Of a DNA stretch of 64,000 nucleotides, positions 1 through 12,597 are shown piece by piece (position 1 is the first letter of the stretch; the number at the start of each line of letters is the position of its first letter). The stretch comes from Hydrolagus colliei (lineage: Eukaryota). Where the stretch lies: NCBI GenBank assembly GCA_035084275.1, contig CM068769.1:2170001-2234000 (forward strand), in the 5' to 3' direction. Both the position numbers and the translations under genes were made by a program. The notes below the pieces were generated by a model. The model made no database searches. It had not been told where the DNA came from and was given only the letters and a program-made list of their open reading frames with translations.

Positions 1-637
1 GCTGAGAACCCTTTATGATGTTGTCTCTTATGTGTGCGTCACTATTTCCTCCCTCTAGCTGCTGTGGGCGTATCGGATTGCTCCTATCAGGTTCACGGCA
101 TCAATGTGCTCATTTGAAGCTGAGTATGCACACCCACAAAATATAGTGTCAATTCACTTCACGGCATAGTTTGTGAAGCTTCTTGAGAAAAATGAATGGT
201 AAGGCGATTGATGAAATGAAAATATCATTATCATAACGATTTTGTTCTTCATCAAAATCTCTCTTCTTCATTCTCCATTACAAATAAACTATTTTATATT
301 TATTGTAATACCAATGTATCCGATCCAACTTTATATCTCGACAAAACACGTAAAAGTTGCTTAAATAAAAGCAATGTTGACTACATACTTCGTGTTTCAT
401 TGAATTCAGTTAGTAAGTCATTATTAATAATAAAGTTATTTTGAAGGAATTATATATACTGTATATGAACCCATTCACCAGCTACTAAGAAGCGGGATAC
501 TACTGACTCCTGTCTAAACAGAGCGATACACAGATTAAGAAAACGTGTCCATAGTTTCGCGCTGCAGGTAGTCGAACCCACTGCAATTGCTTGCTAGGCG
601 ACTGCTCTAACTTCTGAGCTAGAGGAAACGGCATGAT

Positions 638-676
638 AGTTTTTGTAGGGCGGCAACGCTGGTCTGTGATTCTGTG
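638..676 (-). promoter_or_regulatory. 23-RSS of V1
   Basis: Heptamer CACAGAA (670-676), 23-nt spacer, nonamer ACAAAAACT (638-646). Confidence 0.85.
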
Positions 677-1513
677 CACAGTAGTACACCTCCGAGTCTG
701 TGACTCTCACTTGGAATATATTTATTGGAATAGTTCTCGCCACTTTATCCACTGAAGCTGAGAAACGTACTTCTGCAAAGTCTGCTTATCTCGGCTTGCT
801 CCTGGTTGATGAGCTGAAGATATATTCTGGTGGTTTGTTAGGATAGTGACGGTAGCAGAATAGATAGTCTGTGTCAGCGTGTTTTGCTGTATAATTGCAC
901 TGAAGATAAATATCCATCCCCTCATTCTCTGTTACAGCAGATGGGAGCTGTGTCACTGTTTCGCCTCCACAATGTCCTGTGAAATATACACATATATTTC
1001 AATACGATAACAATACTAATGTTGTATTTGATATAGCGCCGTGTAAATTCATTGAGACAACCGCAAGCTCTTCACAGAATATATGTTGCCTCTATTTTGG
1101 GGATGAGTGTGGCAGATAGCTGAGTATGTCATCGTAGCACAAACGGTCATGGAATAAATGATCATATTATTATTCGTAACTGATTTTCTGAAGGGGCAAG
1201 ACCTTATTAAAGTGGTTTCCAATAGACTAAAATATATAGAGTACCTACATATTGCTCGGTAAGCAGTTATGTATATCTGTGTAGAACAAGGAAACTTGCA
1301 GTGTCGCCCTCCCACCACGAAACTAACACAGTTCCTCCTGCATCCTGGACGAGTGTTCCAACCACTGTCAACAGGACACCACGTATCCACAAGTGCTATG
1401 TATTGGTTATTCCATGCAATACAATTTTGGCTTTCGAAAACATGCATCCATATGGAGTAGGTTTTTGGCTTACATGCGAATGTAATAATCGCGGCTGCCA
1501 CATATGTGTACAT
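677..1513 (-). pseudogene. TRAV: TCR alpha/delta V pseudogene V1 (family A)
   Basis: Leader exon 1474-1513 (MYTYVAAAIITFA, GTAAG donor). V exon 677-976 reads GHCGGETVTQ...LQCNYT...YLFCYRHYPNKPPEYI...DSEVYYC. Conserved Trp->Cys, in-frame TAA at 786-788, and ~10 nt missing between the Cys codon and the heptamer. Confidence 0.92.
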
Positions 1514-2521
1514 TGTCGCCTGTGTTAATGGCACCCTGTGTTGAGAGAGCGCTGGTGGTTTAGTTGGAGAATGTTGGCTGGGAAGCAGTAAGATACCGTG
1601 AGGAGGGCTGAACAGGCAACGACACAAACAGGTTGCCATACACTGTGAGTGAGCAGGTCTGGGTTTATGTACAACCTTTGTGTCTCTGTCATTGTGCGTC
1701 ATCTTCTCTGCTCTGCCATCTCGCTCCTCCATTGGCTCTCCTCCAACACTGACATGCCTTTGGTCAACTGGATGACAGATACCTGCAGCAAGATAGATCG
1801 ATAGATGCATTGCATGTCGTCCAAACACATACATGAGTTCCAAATATCTGTACCATCTGTGGACTCATGTAGTTTAATGGTATCAACACTCGCCTTACAA
1901 GCAAGTTGCCTGCGTTTGATGCCTACCAGGGCGACATGTTGGTCAAGTTTACTTGCTCCATACACCGATCTCGGGTTACCGAGAGTAAGTAGGAATACGG
2001 TTGTTAATCGATTAAAGAGTAACGTTTCAGCGAAGCAATATCTCCTACCATAGGAGAATCGACCCATGTCTGTTCATAGGACAGTGTTGTGCAGAACTAA
2101 AGCCTCGTGTCTCCTGCAAAACGAAAAGTAAGTACATTTAACATTGTACACTGTGAAGCGATTGATACCTGTATATAAATCTATATATACATCTATATAT
2201 ATATATAATCTATATTTGTATATTATATATCTACATATAGTCTATATGTATATTACCAAATAGGTAGGAGGAGGTGCTCAGAAGAACTCCCACAGTGTGT
2301 GTGTATAGGGTTAGATAAATCCTTTATTTGTGTTGATCCCGATCCACACATCAAAAACACTCAAGTATCTCGCACCACACAACATTCTTCACTTCCTTTC
2401 CCTCCTATCTCCTTACCAACCTGCCCGCCAACTTAGTTCGGCTGGCTACGACCTGCACCACGTCCGCTGACCCACCGGCCCAACCATTGGTGGGCGAGCT
2501 ATCAACCACTCTTCCCCCAAC

Positions 2522-3370
2522 AAATTGGTAAAGTGGGCAGAAACATGGCAGATGAAGTTTAATGCAAAGAAGTGTGAGGTGATGCATTTTGGGAGAAGAA
2601 ATGAAGGGATGCAATATAGGCTAGATAGTAAAATTTTAAATGATGTGAAGGAACAGAGAGATCTGGGGATGTGTGTTAGTGACTCGTTGAAGGTGGCAGG
2701 ACAGGTTGACAAGGCTGTTAAGAAGGCATATGTGATACTAGGCTTTATAAATAGGGTTATAGAGTACAAAAGTCAGGAAGTGCTGACTAACCTCTATAAA
2801 ACTTTGGTGAGGCCTCAGCTGGAATAATGTGTTCAATTCTGGTCAACACATTACAGAAAGGATGTGAAGACATTGGAAAGTGTACAAAGAAGATTTACTA
2901 GGATGGTGCCAGGATTGAGGGACTTCAGCTATGAGGAGAGGCTAGATAGGCTAGGGTTATTCTCTCTGGAGCAGAGAAGATTGAGGGGAGACCTAATAGA
3001 GGTTTATAAAATCATGAGGGGTTTCGACAGGGCAAATAGAGATCAACTATTTCCACTCGTGGGCGAATCTGTGACTCGTGGTCACAGATTTAAAATAGTT
3101 TCAAGGCGCAGTAGAGGGGAGCTGAGGAGAAATGTTTTAACTCAGCGAGTTGTTCGAATCTGGAATGCATTGCCTGAAAAGGTGGTGGAGGCTGATTCAA
3201 TAACAACTTTGAAAAGGGAATTAGATCTTTATTTAGGGAGAACAGGTCTATTAGGCTATGGGGAGCGGGCAGGGCAGTGGGATTAAATCGCTCTTTTCAA
3301 AGAGCCGGCACAGAATAGATGGGCCGAATGGCCTCCTTTTGTGCCGTAAAATTCTATGAATCTATGAAAC
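2522..3370 (+). mobile_element. CR1-clade LINE, 5'-truncated (ORF2 C-terminus and 3' UTR)
   Basis: ORFs 2525-2827 (WQMKFNAKKCEVMHFG...LVRPQLE) and 2864-3286 (QRRFTRMVPG...WNALP) are typical CR1 ORF2 C-terminus; ends in an ATTCTATG/AATCTATG octamer tail. The empty site is visible in the paralog near 23480. Confidence 0.92.
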
Positions 3371-3516
3371 CTCTGGAACTTAAGCCCGACTTCATTCCGC
3401 CGCAGTTTGTACTGAGAAGTGAATTGACTCTAGGCGCTACTGTATAAATATTGCAACCCAATTCCTCTATGTTGCAATCCTAGTGCTCTACCCATTGAAC
3501 TGTGGTAACCTCAGTA

Positions 3517-3540
3517 TGTTTTTGTACAGGTCCTTCGTTT
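3517..3540 (-). promoter_or_regulatory. Orphan RSS remnant (nonamer plus half spacer) of a deleted V gene
   Basis: tgtttttgt-acaggtccttcgt matches the V10 RSS (26167-26187), then jumps to sequence matching ~26703, upstream of the V10 leader. Confidence 0.8.
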
Positions 3541-4869
3541 CAGCTACAGGCTGAAATTTTTTTGAAATGTTTTGTGGAACGCAGTTAGCCATGCAGATTA
3601 TAAGTAGATTCTCGGTGACGCCTTCACACACTTCTCACTTTCTGTATGTTTGCTGCCGCAGAATTCATTCGCCTATTGGTTAGCCACTTGCTGCTGTATA
3701 GCGGAGGTTTGCATGTGTGTGAAGTGAGCAAACGTGACTTATGTTTCTCCCACCCTAATTGGTTCCCAATCAGGCGATATTTTGGGCAAATATACTTACT
3801 CCATACACTCACAATTCAGTTCAGTTTAGAATAATGAGGAAACCGCAGCTTAGTCCATTGGTGGTTCACTTTGCTGGGGTTAATATTCCCCATCTCCAAA
3901 ATATTCTACATCAAAGGCAAGCAACACTAAAATAATCATGATTATTGATAGTATAATTACTACCATTATTATTAATATCGCTGTCCAGTCATCTATGTAA
4001 TTAATTGTATGCGTTGAAGCATGTAAACAGTATAATTCTTCAGCACCTAAGTTTAATTAATTGTTGTCATTTTTATCGTGTTCCCAATCAATACTAAAAC
4101 AAACTACCTTACTGTAATTACCAAAATCTAATGCAATTGTTAACACAGTGATATCCGCTAGAATGCGGATTCTTATGTTGGAGAAAGACAATAACATGAA
4201 TATGTGACATCCCCATTACTTTTCGAGCAAACTAATCGTTGCGATTGTCATGGTTACGGTTTAGACAAACCTTTGAAAATTTTCATCAGAAGCAGCAATA
4301 ATACGTAGGAGTTAACCAATGTCGACTGTAACAGGAAGCAACTGTTATAGCTGTCTTGGTAGTTTGACAGAGAATGGAACGTGGCAAGCTATGTCAATTG
4401 CAGATGATGTTATATGTGTGTTGTTTCTGCCATCTGCTGGTGGACTGGAGCTACTGCACGAGCATAGTTCAAAAGCAAGAGTTTTTTGGGGGGCCCTACA
4501 TAACGTTCCTGGTCCTATTGTCTCCAATGGAAATTGATAGCTTATTTCCATTTAATTGCTTTCTCCTCGTAATTTCTGTGCTTTAATGAGACACTCGAAT
4601 TCATTCTCATTCACAGTCACTAACTGTGACATATCCCTAATCATTGTTTCTCCACTTTAATTCTATTCCTTGCTCTGATCCTGTAAACGTTGATTATATT
4701 TTGCTTCAACTTGAGATGCCACTCACCGTTTACATGACAGCAGCAGAATAGGTACATGTGTGTGGCACCATTGATTTTGGGATAATGTCACAATGCAGTG
4801 TATTTACTTCTACATCAACAAAAGATTCACGTTTGGGACATCCTCCCGACGTGACAGGCGCTATGTAAG

Positions 4870-5335
4870 TACAATGTTGTTGCTGTTGTTCACGTCGGAT
4901 GGACGTCCGAAGCCGCTGAAAAGTCAGCTCGGGACCTGAGCAATGGAGAGTGCAGGGTAGTGGGGAGGGTCGTGAGAGAGGTGACACTGGAGGGCGAGAG
5001 ATAGCCGCGAATGGACAGAGTGAGAAGGGCAGGAGATGGCACGGTCGAAGAGTAGCGTCTTAAGACCGGCATTGAATGAAGCTATGGAGGTAGGAAGGTA
5101 GTCATTCGAAGGGACTGTGGGAAGGAGATCCAGAGAGCAGCGAAAGAAAATCCGTCCACCGATAATAGGGCGGGTCAGGCGGGGGACAAGGAGCAGATGG
5201 GATCCCGCTGAACTGAGGGGGAGTGGAGGTTAATAGTAGGACAGCAGATCGGAGAGTTGGTGGTGGGTAGGGGTGGCGAGGGGATGGATCGCGGGGCTGG
5301 CAAGTTGCGGCGGAGGATTTTGAATTCGAAAACTG
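4870..5335 (-). mobile_element. L2-clade LINE 3' fragment
   Basis: Paralog of 28030-28510, which translates to an L2 ORF2-type C-terminus; (TGT)n-like tail at the left end. Confidence 0.65.
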
Positions 5336-5838
5336 CATGAGAATTGACACACAATCTGCATTTTTATTTTTGTGACATAAATAAAACAGTTTGTCCTCAA
5401 TTCCTATTGCCACATGTTCCAACACAATCATGTCTTCAGTGTCTGTTCTTTTTCAAACCATTGATTGAACCTGTTGTATCTGCAAATCCAGACCTGGTGT
5501 CACCTCTTAGCCACAGATGTAAAGCAGTGCATTGTTCATCGAAGAGCTCAACAAACCAGGATCTTTGAAGTTATGTCTGTGACAATAATTTGATTATGTT
5601 TTATACACAAATTAATGCTAGCGTTTGACTAAGCACCATATCACATATTTTACAGTGGTTTTTTACCAATGGAGAAGGAATGTACAAATCAACTAACAAA
5701 CAGGTTTGAACTTAATACTGGGTAAACGATGTAGGTTAAGAAAACTTCAGCAAAGATTCGTTCTGCATGGAATTGAACCCAGGTTCCTCGCTGACGATAT
5801 GAGTGCTCCACAAATTGAGATATAGGACTACACTTGGC

Positions 5839-5877
5839 AGTTTTTGTAGGGCGGAAGCGCTGATCCGTGTCTTTGTG
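5839..5877 (-). promoter_or_regulatory. 23-RSS of V2
   Basis: CACAAAG - 23 nt - ACAAAAACT. Confidence 0.88.
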
Positions 5878-6713
5878 AGGCTCATTGCACAGTAATACAC
5901 CGCCGAGTCATTAACTCTCACTTCAGTTATATTTATCGGGACAGTTCTTCCCATTTTATCCACCATCGTTGGGAATCGTTTCTTGGTAAAGTCGGCATAT
6001 TGTGGTCTATTGCCAGTGGATGTCGAAAGGATATATTCTGGAGCTGTGTTTTGATAATGGCGGTACCAGAATAAATAAGGAACGCTTGTGCCTGTCGTTG
6101 TATAATTACACCTCAGATACAAATCCTCCCCTTCCTTCACTGTCACGGTAGATTGGAGCTGCGTCACAGACTCTCCTCCACAATGTCCTGCAAATCAGAC
6201 ACATATCAGCGTAAAGTAGAATAACACCAATAACAAGAGTAATGTAGGCATATGACAAAACTACATATTGCGTCTTCATGTTAATTAAACCTTTACTACT
6301 GAATACAGTTTAACGCATACTGTCTGTTTAATTTACGTAGTAGACATTTGTTCACAAACATGTTCCACAAACAGTCGTGGATTGAGTATCTGTAATATCA
6401 TTAGCAGTATCACATATTGACAGATACGTACCCCCCAATAAAGCAATCGGCCAACGGACCATATTCGAAATTATTTCCCAGCAATCACAGCAATGCGTGA
6501 TGAGTGACAAAACTTGCCTAATGATTCGCCCTGTCCTGGCCGTGAATGGATCCCAGATACTCTCGATTTTGACAGCTCTATACAGCTTTTTGTGTATTCA
6601 TTATGTTAAGCAATGGACACTGGGCTGTATAATAAGTGCAGTTGGCTGACTATACAATGAGTGTATAGCTTACCTGACAAGGCAATGATGGCTGCTGTCA
6701 CATAGATATACAT
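5878..6713 (-). CDS. TRAV: TCR alpha/delta V segment V2 (family A), apparently functional
   Basis: Leader 6674-6713 (MYIYVTAAIIALS). V exon 5878-6187 is open: GHCGGESVTQ...YLRCNY...YLFWYRHYQNTAPEYIL...DSAVYYCAMS, with both Cys and the Trp intact. Confidence 0.95.
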
Positions 6714-7854
6714 TGTCATGTATATGTAAAAGGCGCTGATAGTTTATTTGGAGAATGTAGTCCGGGAAGCGGTGACATACCGTGAGGAGAGCTGAACACT
6801 AAATGACAAAGAGGGAGCAGGTCTGAGGTTTATGTATAAACCTTGTGTCTCTGTCACTGTGCGCCATCTTCTCTGCTCTGCCATCTCGCTCCTCCATTGG
6901 TTCTCTGCCATCACTGACATGTCTTTGATCTACCGGGTGTCTGACACGTAGCATTATGGTTATTAGTCAACCAGTGAGTACGAGACATTTTGACTCCATG
7001 CTTCAACTCGGTACGCAGAGCACTAGCTTTTCAAGTGTGTGTTCGAATCCACGCAGATCAGGGCGAAAGCTTGGACAAGTTTCATTACAGCACGCACACG
7101 CCTAGTACTAATCCGTGCAACAAAACTCACCACAATAATAGAATTGGTGATTTCAATCCACGATTGTTTGTGGGTCTGGCAGCCGCGTTGCGCCCACAAA
7201 TATACAGTCAGTTCACTTTACAGTGTACTCTGTGAAGCGCTTTACGTCTTCGATAAGATGTAAAAAGCGCTGTATCAAGTGCAAGAATTCTTCTTATTAT
7301 TAATAATTAATGTTTCCTTTCCAGGGGCATCATTCTCGTGTTAAATAAGTGACTCAAAACACGTCTGTCTGTGTGACAATCCTGCTTTGTACGATTGTTT
7401 GACAATCGAGTGACAATGTTTCTTGAATGGATTACCATCCTGGAAAAGGCGACATGCTAATTGACTATTAAATGTGTCACTACTCACACTTCGGCAAGCA
7501 GACAATAAAACTTATACTCTGTGCGTTTGATATGGTGCCTTACCACGTCTTCGAAAAGTGGAGGAGCGCTTCCCTGGTTGTATTGCGCTTTGAGTTTACT
7601 GTCTATGTTATGGGATAAATGCGGCACTGCGCAAAGCAGTGTCTCACAAGACGTCGTGGATTGAAGTGATCATTTTAATTAGGAATTATGACACGCGAAA
7701 AAGCGATCAATTATTAGATTAATAACCGGATTCCTATTTACTCCTATGTACTCAGAAACGTATGGCCGAGCGTTGGGAGTGGTAGGAAGTGAACCAGTAG
7801 TCTTATCGTTTGTGAAACGAGTAGTTTAATCATTGAGCTACAGTAACCTCAGCA

Positions 7855-7893
7855 TGTTTTTGTACAGGCTCCTCTTAGACACGCAGCACTGTG
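7855..7893 (-). promoter_or_regulatory. 23-RSS of V3
   Basis: CACAGTG - 23 nt - ACAAAAACA (consensus heptamer). Confidence 0.95.
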
Positions 7894-8373
7894 CTCTCTG
7901 CTGCACAGAAGTAAGTGTCGGTGTCTGTCACTCGCACGTCTCTGATTGTCAGTGTGCTTTTCTTCCCTTTTGTATCAGCCAAAGCACTTATCCTCTCCTC
8001 AGTCTTCACCTCTCTGGTTCCCTTCACCAGCAAACGGATGGAGCCGTTTCCATACTGTTTGTACCATTGGAAGGTGGGTATGTTAAAAGTGGTGTTGCAC
8101 TCTATAGATACATTTCCATTTTCATTCACTGTCAGCGCCTGAGGACTCTGTGACACTTCTCTATTAGCCAAGACACCTGGGGAACAGATATGAACATGAT
8201 TTTAAAGAAATTTGGAAGAAAAGGTCTCCACTTAAACTTCTAACTATTTAGCGCAAAACATGCATGTGATTGTCTAAACTCCCACTCTACTTACAGAAGA
8301 GCGAAATCATTAAACTAAAAATAATACACGTTGCTTGGTATGTTGCTTTCTTTTTCAATACTCGTCGATTCAT
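7894..8373 (-). CDS. TRAV: TCR alpha/delta V segment V3 (family B), apparently functional
   Basis: Leader 8295-8373 (MNRRVLKKKATYQATCIIFSLMISLF, GTAAG donor). V exon 7894-8176 is open: ...EVSQSPQ...SIECNT...FQWYKQYGNGSIRLL...DTDTYFCAAE. Confidence 0.93.
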
Positions 8374-8881
8374 GTCGAAATCTCAAGATGACATGCAAGT
8401 AGACACCTGATAAACGTTCATGAATGGTTGGCGAGTGCCGCTAACTTTGTAGGTTATAACTATACTCTCGGTGATGCCTCCACTGACGTCTCATTTCCTA
8501 TATGTTTGATTCTGTGACGTTGATTCCCCAATCGACTTGCAGCAGTGTTGGTATTGCCCACAAGATAGGAAGTCACTGCATTCTTGATAATATTCTTTCA
8601 TTCGCTTTGAATCAACTGGTTGACATAATTTCGAGCTGCATTAAATTCAATCAAATGTAGCTGTTACTTCAGAATAATACACATTATTAGTGGAAGTTTC
8701 TAAGGGAATGCACTATCGGACGAAATGTCCCATCAATGACGTATATAGATTTACAGATAGCTTGCATACATCCTTTTCAAATCGATTCATCGAATATTTT
8801 CACAGGTCCACACAGGCTTTTCTCTCGATTGCAGAGTTTGTGTCTTTGGCAACGTCAACAGTCAGTTCATGAAACACAGTG

Positions 8882-9222
8882 TTAATCATAATAATCCTTG
8901 CATTTGATATAGCGCTTTCCACATCTTATCAACGTCCCAAAGCACTTCACAGAATATACTGTAAGGTGAATTGACTGTATATATTTGTGGGCGAATCGCG
9001 GGAGCCAATTGCGCACAGCAGTGTCCCACACACAGTCGTGGATTGAAATGACCAATTTTATTATGGTGGGGGGTTTTTTGGACGAATTATTATTAGGCGT
9101 GTGGAGTAAGGAAATTTGTCCACGGTTTCGCCCTGACCTACCTGGATTTGAACACAGGTCTCCCCAGCTTGGTCTCCCCAGCTTGTAAGACACGTGCTCT
9201 AACCACTGAGCCACAGGAGCTC
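8882..9222 (-). mobile_element. tRNA-derived SINE, near full length (dominant SINE family of the window)
   Basis: Pol III A box TGGCTCAGTGG and B box GTTCAAATCC; body ATTTCAATCCACGAC...; internal tandem duplication of CAAGCTGGGGAGAC. Dozens of related copies occur across the window. Confidence 0.85.
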
Positions 9223-10029
9223 CACAGGTGTTCCCTCAATCATGTGCGAAGTGAACAAACAGTTGTGCTGATGGAATGTCTTCCCAGTCACCAGCAGAAA
9301 CACTGTTATTGCTCAAGCAGAGACATGGGATCATTACCTACCCTTGCTACAAACCGACTGGATCACTGTTTGGTCGATGAACAGAATTTAAATTTCGCTG
9401 ACATTTCTTGACATCCCCCCCAAGACTGCACTAGAGTGTCAGACCAGTACATCCGACAGGAATCTAATATATCATACACAGCATGTAAGTCGCTTTTAAA
9501 TGTATTACGTGGAAGTTAGAAGTTTTATTATATTTATATGGTCCTGGAACAATAATTTTTAAAATATCTTTGGATTTGATAAAGCGACATTTTTCGCACG
9601 TCTCAAAGCGCTTCACAGAATCTACTGTAATGTGCCTTGACACTGTGTGTCTTATTGGAAGAAACACTGGCTGGCCAATGCGAAGAACAGTGTCCCACAT
9701 AATACGTGGATAGAGTAATTGCATTTATATTATCGTGTTCATCTATCGGATCATAAACCCAGGGAAAGCAATCCACCCATGGACGAAAAAGCAGGTTCCG
9801 AGCAACCGCGAGATGAAGAGGCATGTTAGTCCAGAGAATGGAAACGTCGGATTCCCAACGCCGTGTTGTCAAACCCAGGTCCACTCGAGAGCAGGCGCGT
9901 ACTCCAACCTCTGTAATACAACAATCCATAGCCTCTGTGCACCGCCCTCCCTGTTATAATAAAGTAGCCATCCCTGTGTGTTGGCAGCACCAAATTGAAT
10001 GTGTGAGAGGAAGTCACGATTGTCTGTTG

Positions 10030-10068
10030 AGTATTTGTACATTGTATCTGGCCTCCTATCTAAATGTG
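10030..10068 (-). promoter_or_regulatory. 23-RSS of V4 (degenerate)
   Basis: CACATTT - 23 nt - ACAAATACT. Confidence 0.75.
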
Positions 10069-10931
10069 GGCTCCAGTGCACAGTAATACAAGGCGCCGTC
10101 ACCCACATGAGCCCTGAGTATTTGCAAGTTAAATACTTTATCCTCCTTGCCCAGCTTGGCAATGAAGCGGTCGGGAATACCAGGAGCTTTGTCTACCTTT
10201 CCCGAGGTACAGATCATCAGCAAGTACTGAAGAGCTCCATCCGGATATTGCCTGTACCAGAAGGCAGCATAAAGTATGGAATAATTGCAGTTTATTCTCA
10301 CGTCTTGTCCTTCAAACTGCCTTATCGCAGGAAGATATTGGTATATTACATGTTTCCCGGTAACTTCTGCAATAAAATAACAAAGCGTTTTTTACAAGGC
10401 AAGGCTAATATTAGTGTGCAATTCTAACTACTATTGAGTTTTTTTGCTCGAGTTTTCACGACAATGAGACGTTACCAAACATTTATGCAAAACACACAAT
10501 GAATATCAAATCAACTACATTGCCTCGAATCGCCTTTTCAGGCGAAACTCACAGCTAGTTGTGCACAACATTGTCCCATAAAGAGTTTGAGAGTGAGCGC
10601 TCAAAATATTGCTTTATCAATAATTCTCTGGCGGAAGATTCGAGCTGGAAGTTAAATACAGTTCCTAATTAATGGTAGACTCACAAAGTCGTGTGTTGGT
10701 GTAAAGCAAATTGTCCAACATTTAGCCCTGCCGTGAGTTACGCTAAGTTGCTTTGTTTTCAATTGGATTGCTCTAATTGCTACACTACCGAATATTATAT
10801 AATAATGATACTGGCATGAGATGTAGTGCATTTCACATCTTGTAATACCACACTACATGCACTCGGCATGTACACACATACTTACTGTCTATGGTGTGGA
10901 TTGCTATCAGTAACTGACAGTGACCTGCCAT
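10069..10931 (-). CDS. TRAV: TCR alpha/delta V segment V4 (family C), open reading frame
   Basis: V exon 10069-10366: VTGKHVIYQ...VRINCNYS...FWYRQYPDGALQYLLMICTSG...DGALYYCALE. Candidate leader 10886-10931 (MAGHCQLLIAIHTID, GTAAG donor) is a weak signal peptide, so its assignment is less certain. Confidence 0.88.
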
Positions 10932-12558
10932 GCTGGCTGCTGAGGTGAGGGCAGATAGTGGAATCTCTTCCTGTTTTTATGTCTGTTCGGCTGCTTTAGT
11001 TACAAATAATGAGGCAGTGGCTGAAGTGATGTGTGCAGTCAGTGGGTTATTCAATAATATTGTAGGCGTTTCACACTAACCATTGTATCTTTGCCTTAAT
11101 TAGTTGATGATTGGCTTCAAGTGATCCCCTCTAGAATGTACGGAATAGGTTTCTATTTCATGCACAAACAAAGGTTTACTTCCTGTAATCAAGTTGACAA
11201 AATGCCTGTGTTGCTGGTAGTATACATAATGAGTCGGGAGGGTTTTGGTTCAAGTTTCAACACCGTACATTGAGATGATGGTCTGGACTGAGATTCTAAT
11301 TCATGACTGTGTCAAGTGTATATTATCAAGAAAACTTAGATGGAGACCCAATTCGTGAATATTTATGTGCGAGTCACTGTGATCCAATTGCCCATTGTAT
11401 TTGTCCTCAAAGTAATTGCTATTTAATTACTCATACTGATCGCTTTATTTGCAACTCCTACATGAAAGCATGTTGTACAAGTCAGGGACTGTTATAACTG
11501 TTATCTCTTTGCAGTCCTGTTTGGAACTGCATCCAAGGCAGGACGGCCCAAAAAAGAAATAGCTTTACTTCTGCAAATTAAAATTAAAAACATAAATGTT
11601 ATTCTGCTTCCCCCAATTAACCAAAGAAAGAGCCCCATATAGCGATTGAGAAATCCTAACATGTTGAAGACAAGAGTGAGAGCTGCTCAATAGAGTCTGA
11701 TTATTTTTGGGGAAAAACAATAAGTTAGAAATCGTGAAACGCCAATTGATTCTGGAACTACAATAACATGTTTTATATTTAGGCAAACAAACATTAGCAC
11801 TTTTCAGCTAATGTATATGAAGCTCCAACATCAACTGTAACAGGATGCACCTGCAATAGCTCACAAGGAAGTTATTTACAGAAAGGAACGAGGCAAGTTA
11901 TGTCAGTTGCAGCTCATGTTTGACACTGTATGTGCGCCATCTGTTGGTGGATGTCAGGTACAGAACGTGCACAATTTGAGACATTTCATAGTAAATGGTT
12001 TCCAGCCAGGCTCAACATTCGCCTTTTTAAATGTCGCTGTATAAACGCAATTTATTGATTCGTTTACTTTCTTAGATGTTTTGCACATCTAAGAAGACAG
12101 AAAGCCTTCTATATGGTAAACGGCTCCCCAAAAGGCAAGAACGTTGAGGCTATCTCTGTGACAATACCGTGTTTAATAAAAAATATAAATATTCCTTGCC
12201 TTTGATATATTACCATACCATAACCTAGAGGTGCAACAAAGCCCTTTACAGAATGTACTGTCAAATGTACTGTACTTTGACATCTTATTGTGTGGGTGAA
12301 ACGCGAAACCACGCTTGCAAATCAGAGATCCAGTGGATTGAATGACCAATTTATTAATACCGTCAATATTCTGAAGGAATTCTTATGCACGGACTAGCGA
12401 ATCACTAATCCGCTGACAACATAATTCCTATTTACTGCCATGTAAACAGCCACATATGTGGAGTAAGGAAACTTGCCACACATTTCGCTCAGCCATGAAT
12501 TCATACCATTTTATCTTGCCTGTGAGGCGAGTGCTAAAGCCAATGAGCTCCACATGGT

Positions 12559-12597
12559 AGTTTTTGTATGGCGTTAACGCTGATCTGTGCCTCTGTG
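12559..12597 (-). promoter_or_regulatory. 23-RSS of V5
   Basis: CACAGAG - 23 nt - ACAAAAACT. Confidence 0.9.

Noticed and set aside
590-630. tRNA-like sequences (also ~9160-9215, ~59040 and others)
   Set aside because: A/B boxes run straight into the SINE body and no complete cloverleaf is evident, so these are SINE heads, not tRNA genes.
1049-2067. Long ORFs (264 aa at 1049-1843 and its paralogs at 22604-23098, 24241-24735) recurring as if a gene family
   Set aside because: They overlie the duplicated family A promoter/leader block; overlapping ORFs occur on both strands with stops differing between copies. Only the 40-nt leader exon is coding.
5736-5877. V ORFs reading through the RSS as if encoding longer secreted proteins (also V5, V6, V8, V13)
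   Set aside because: Short read-through past the heptamer is expected for unrearranged V exons; the extensions are just translated RSS/SINE sequence.
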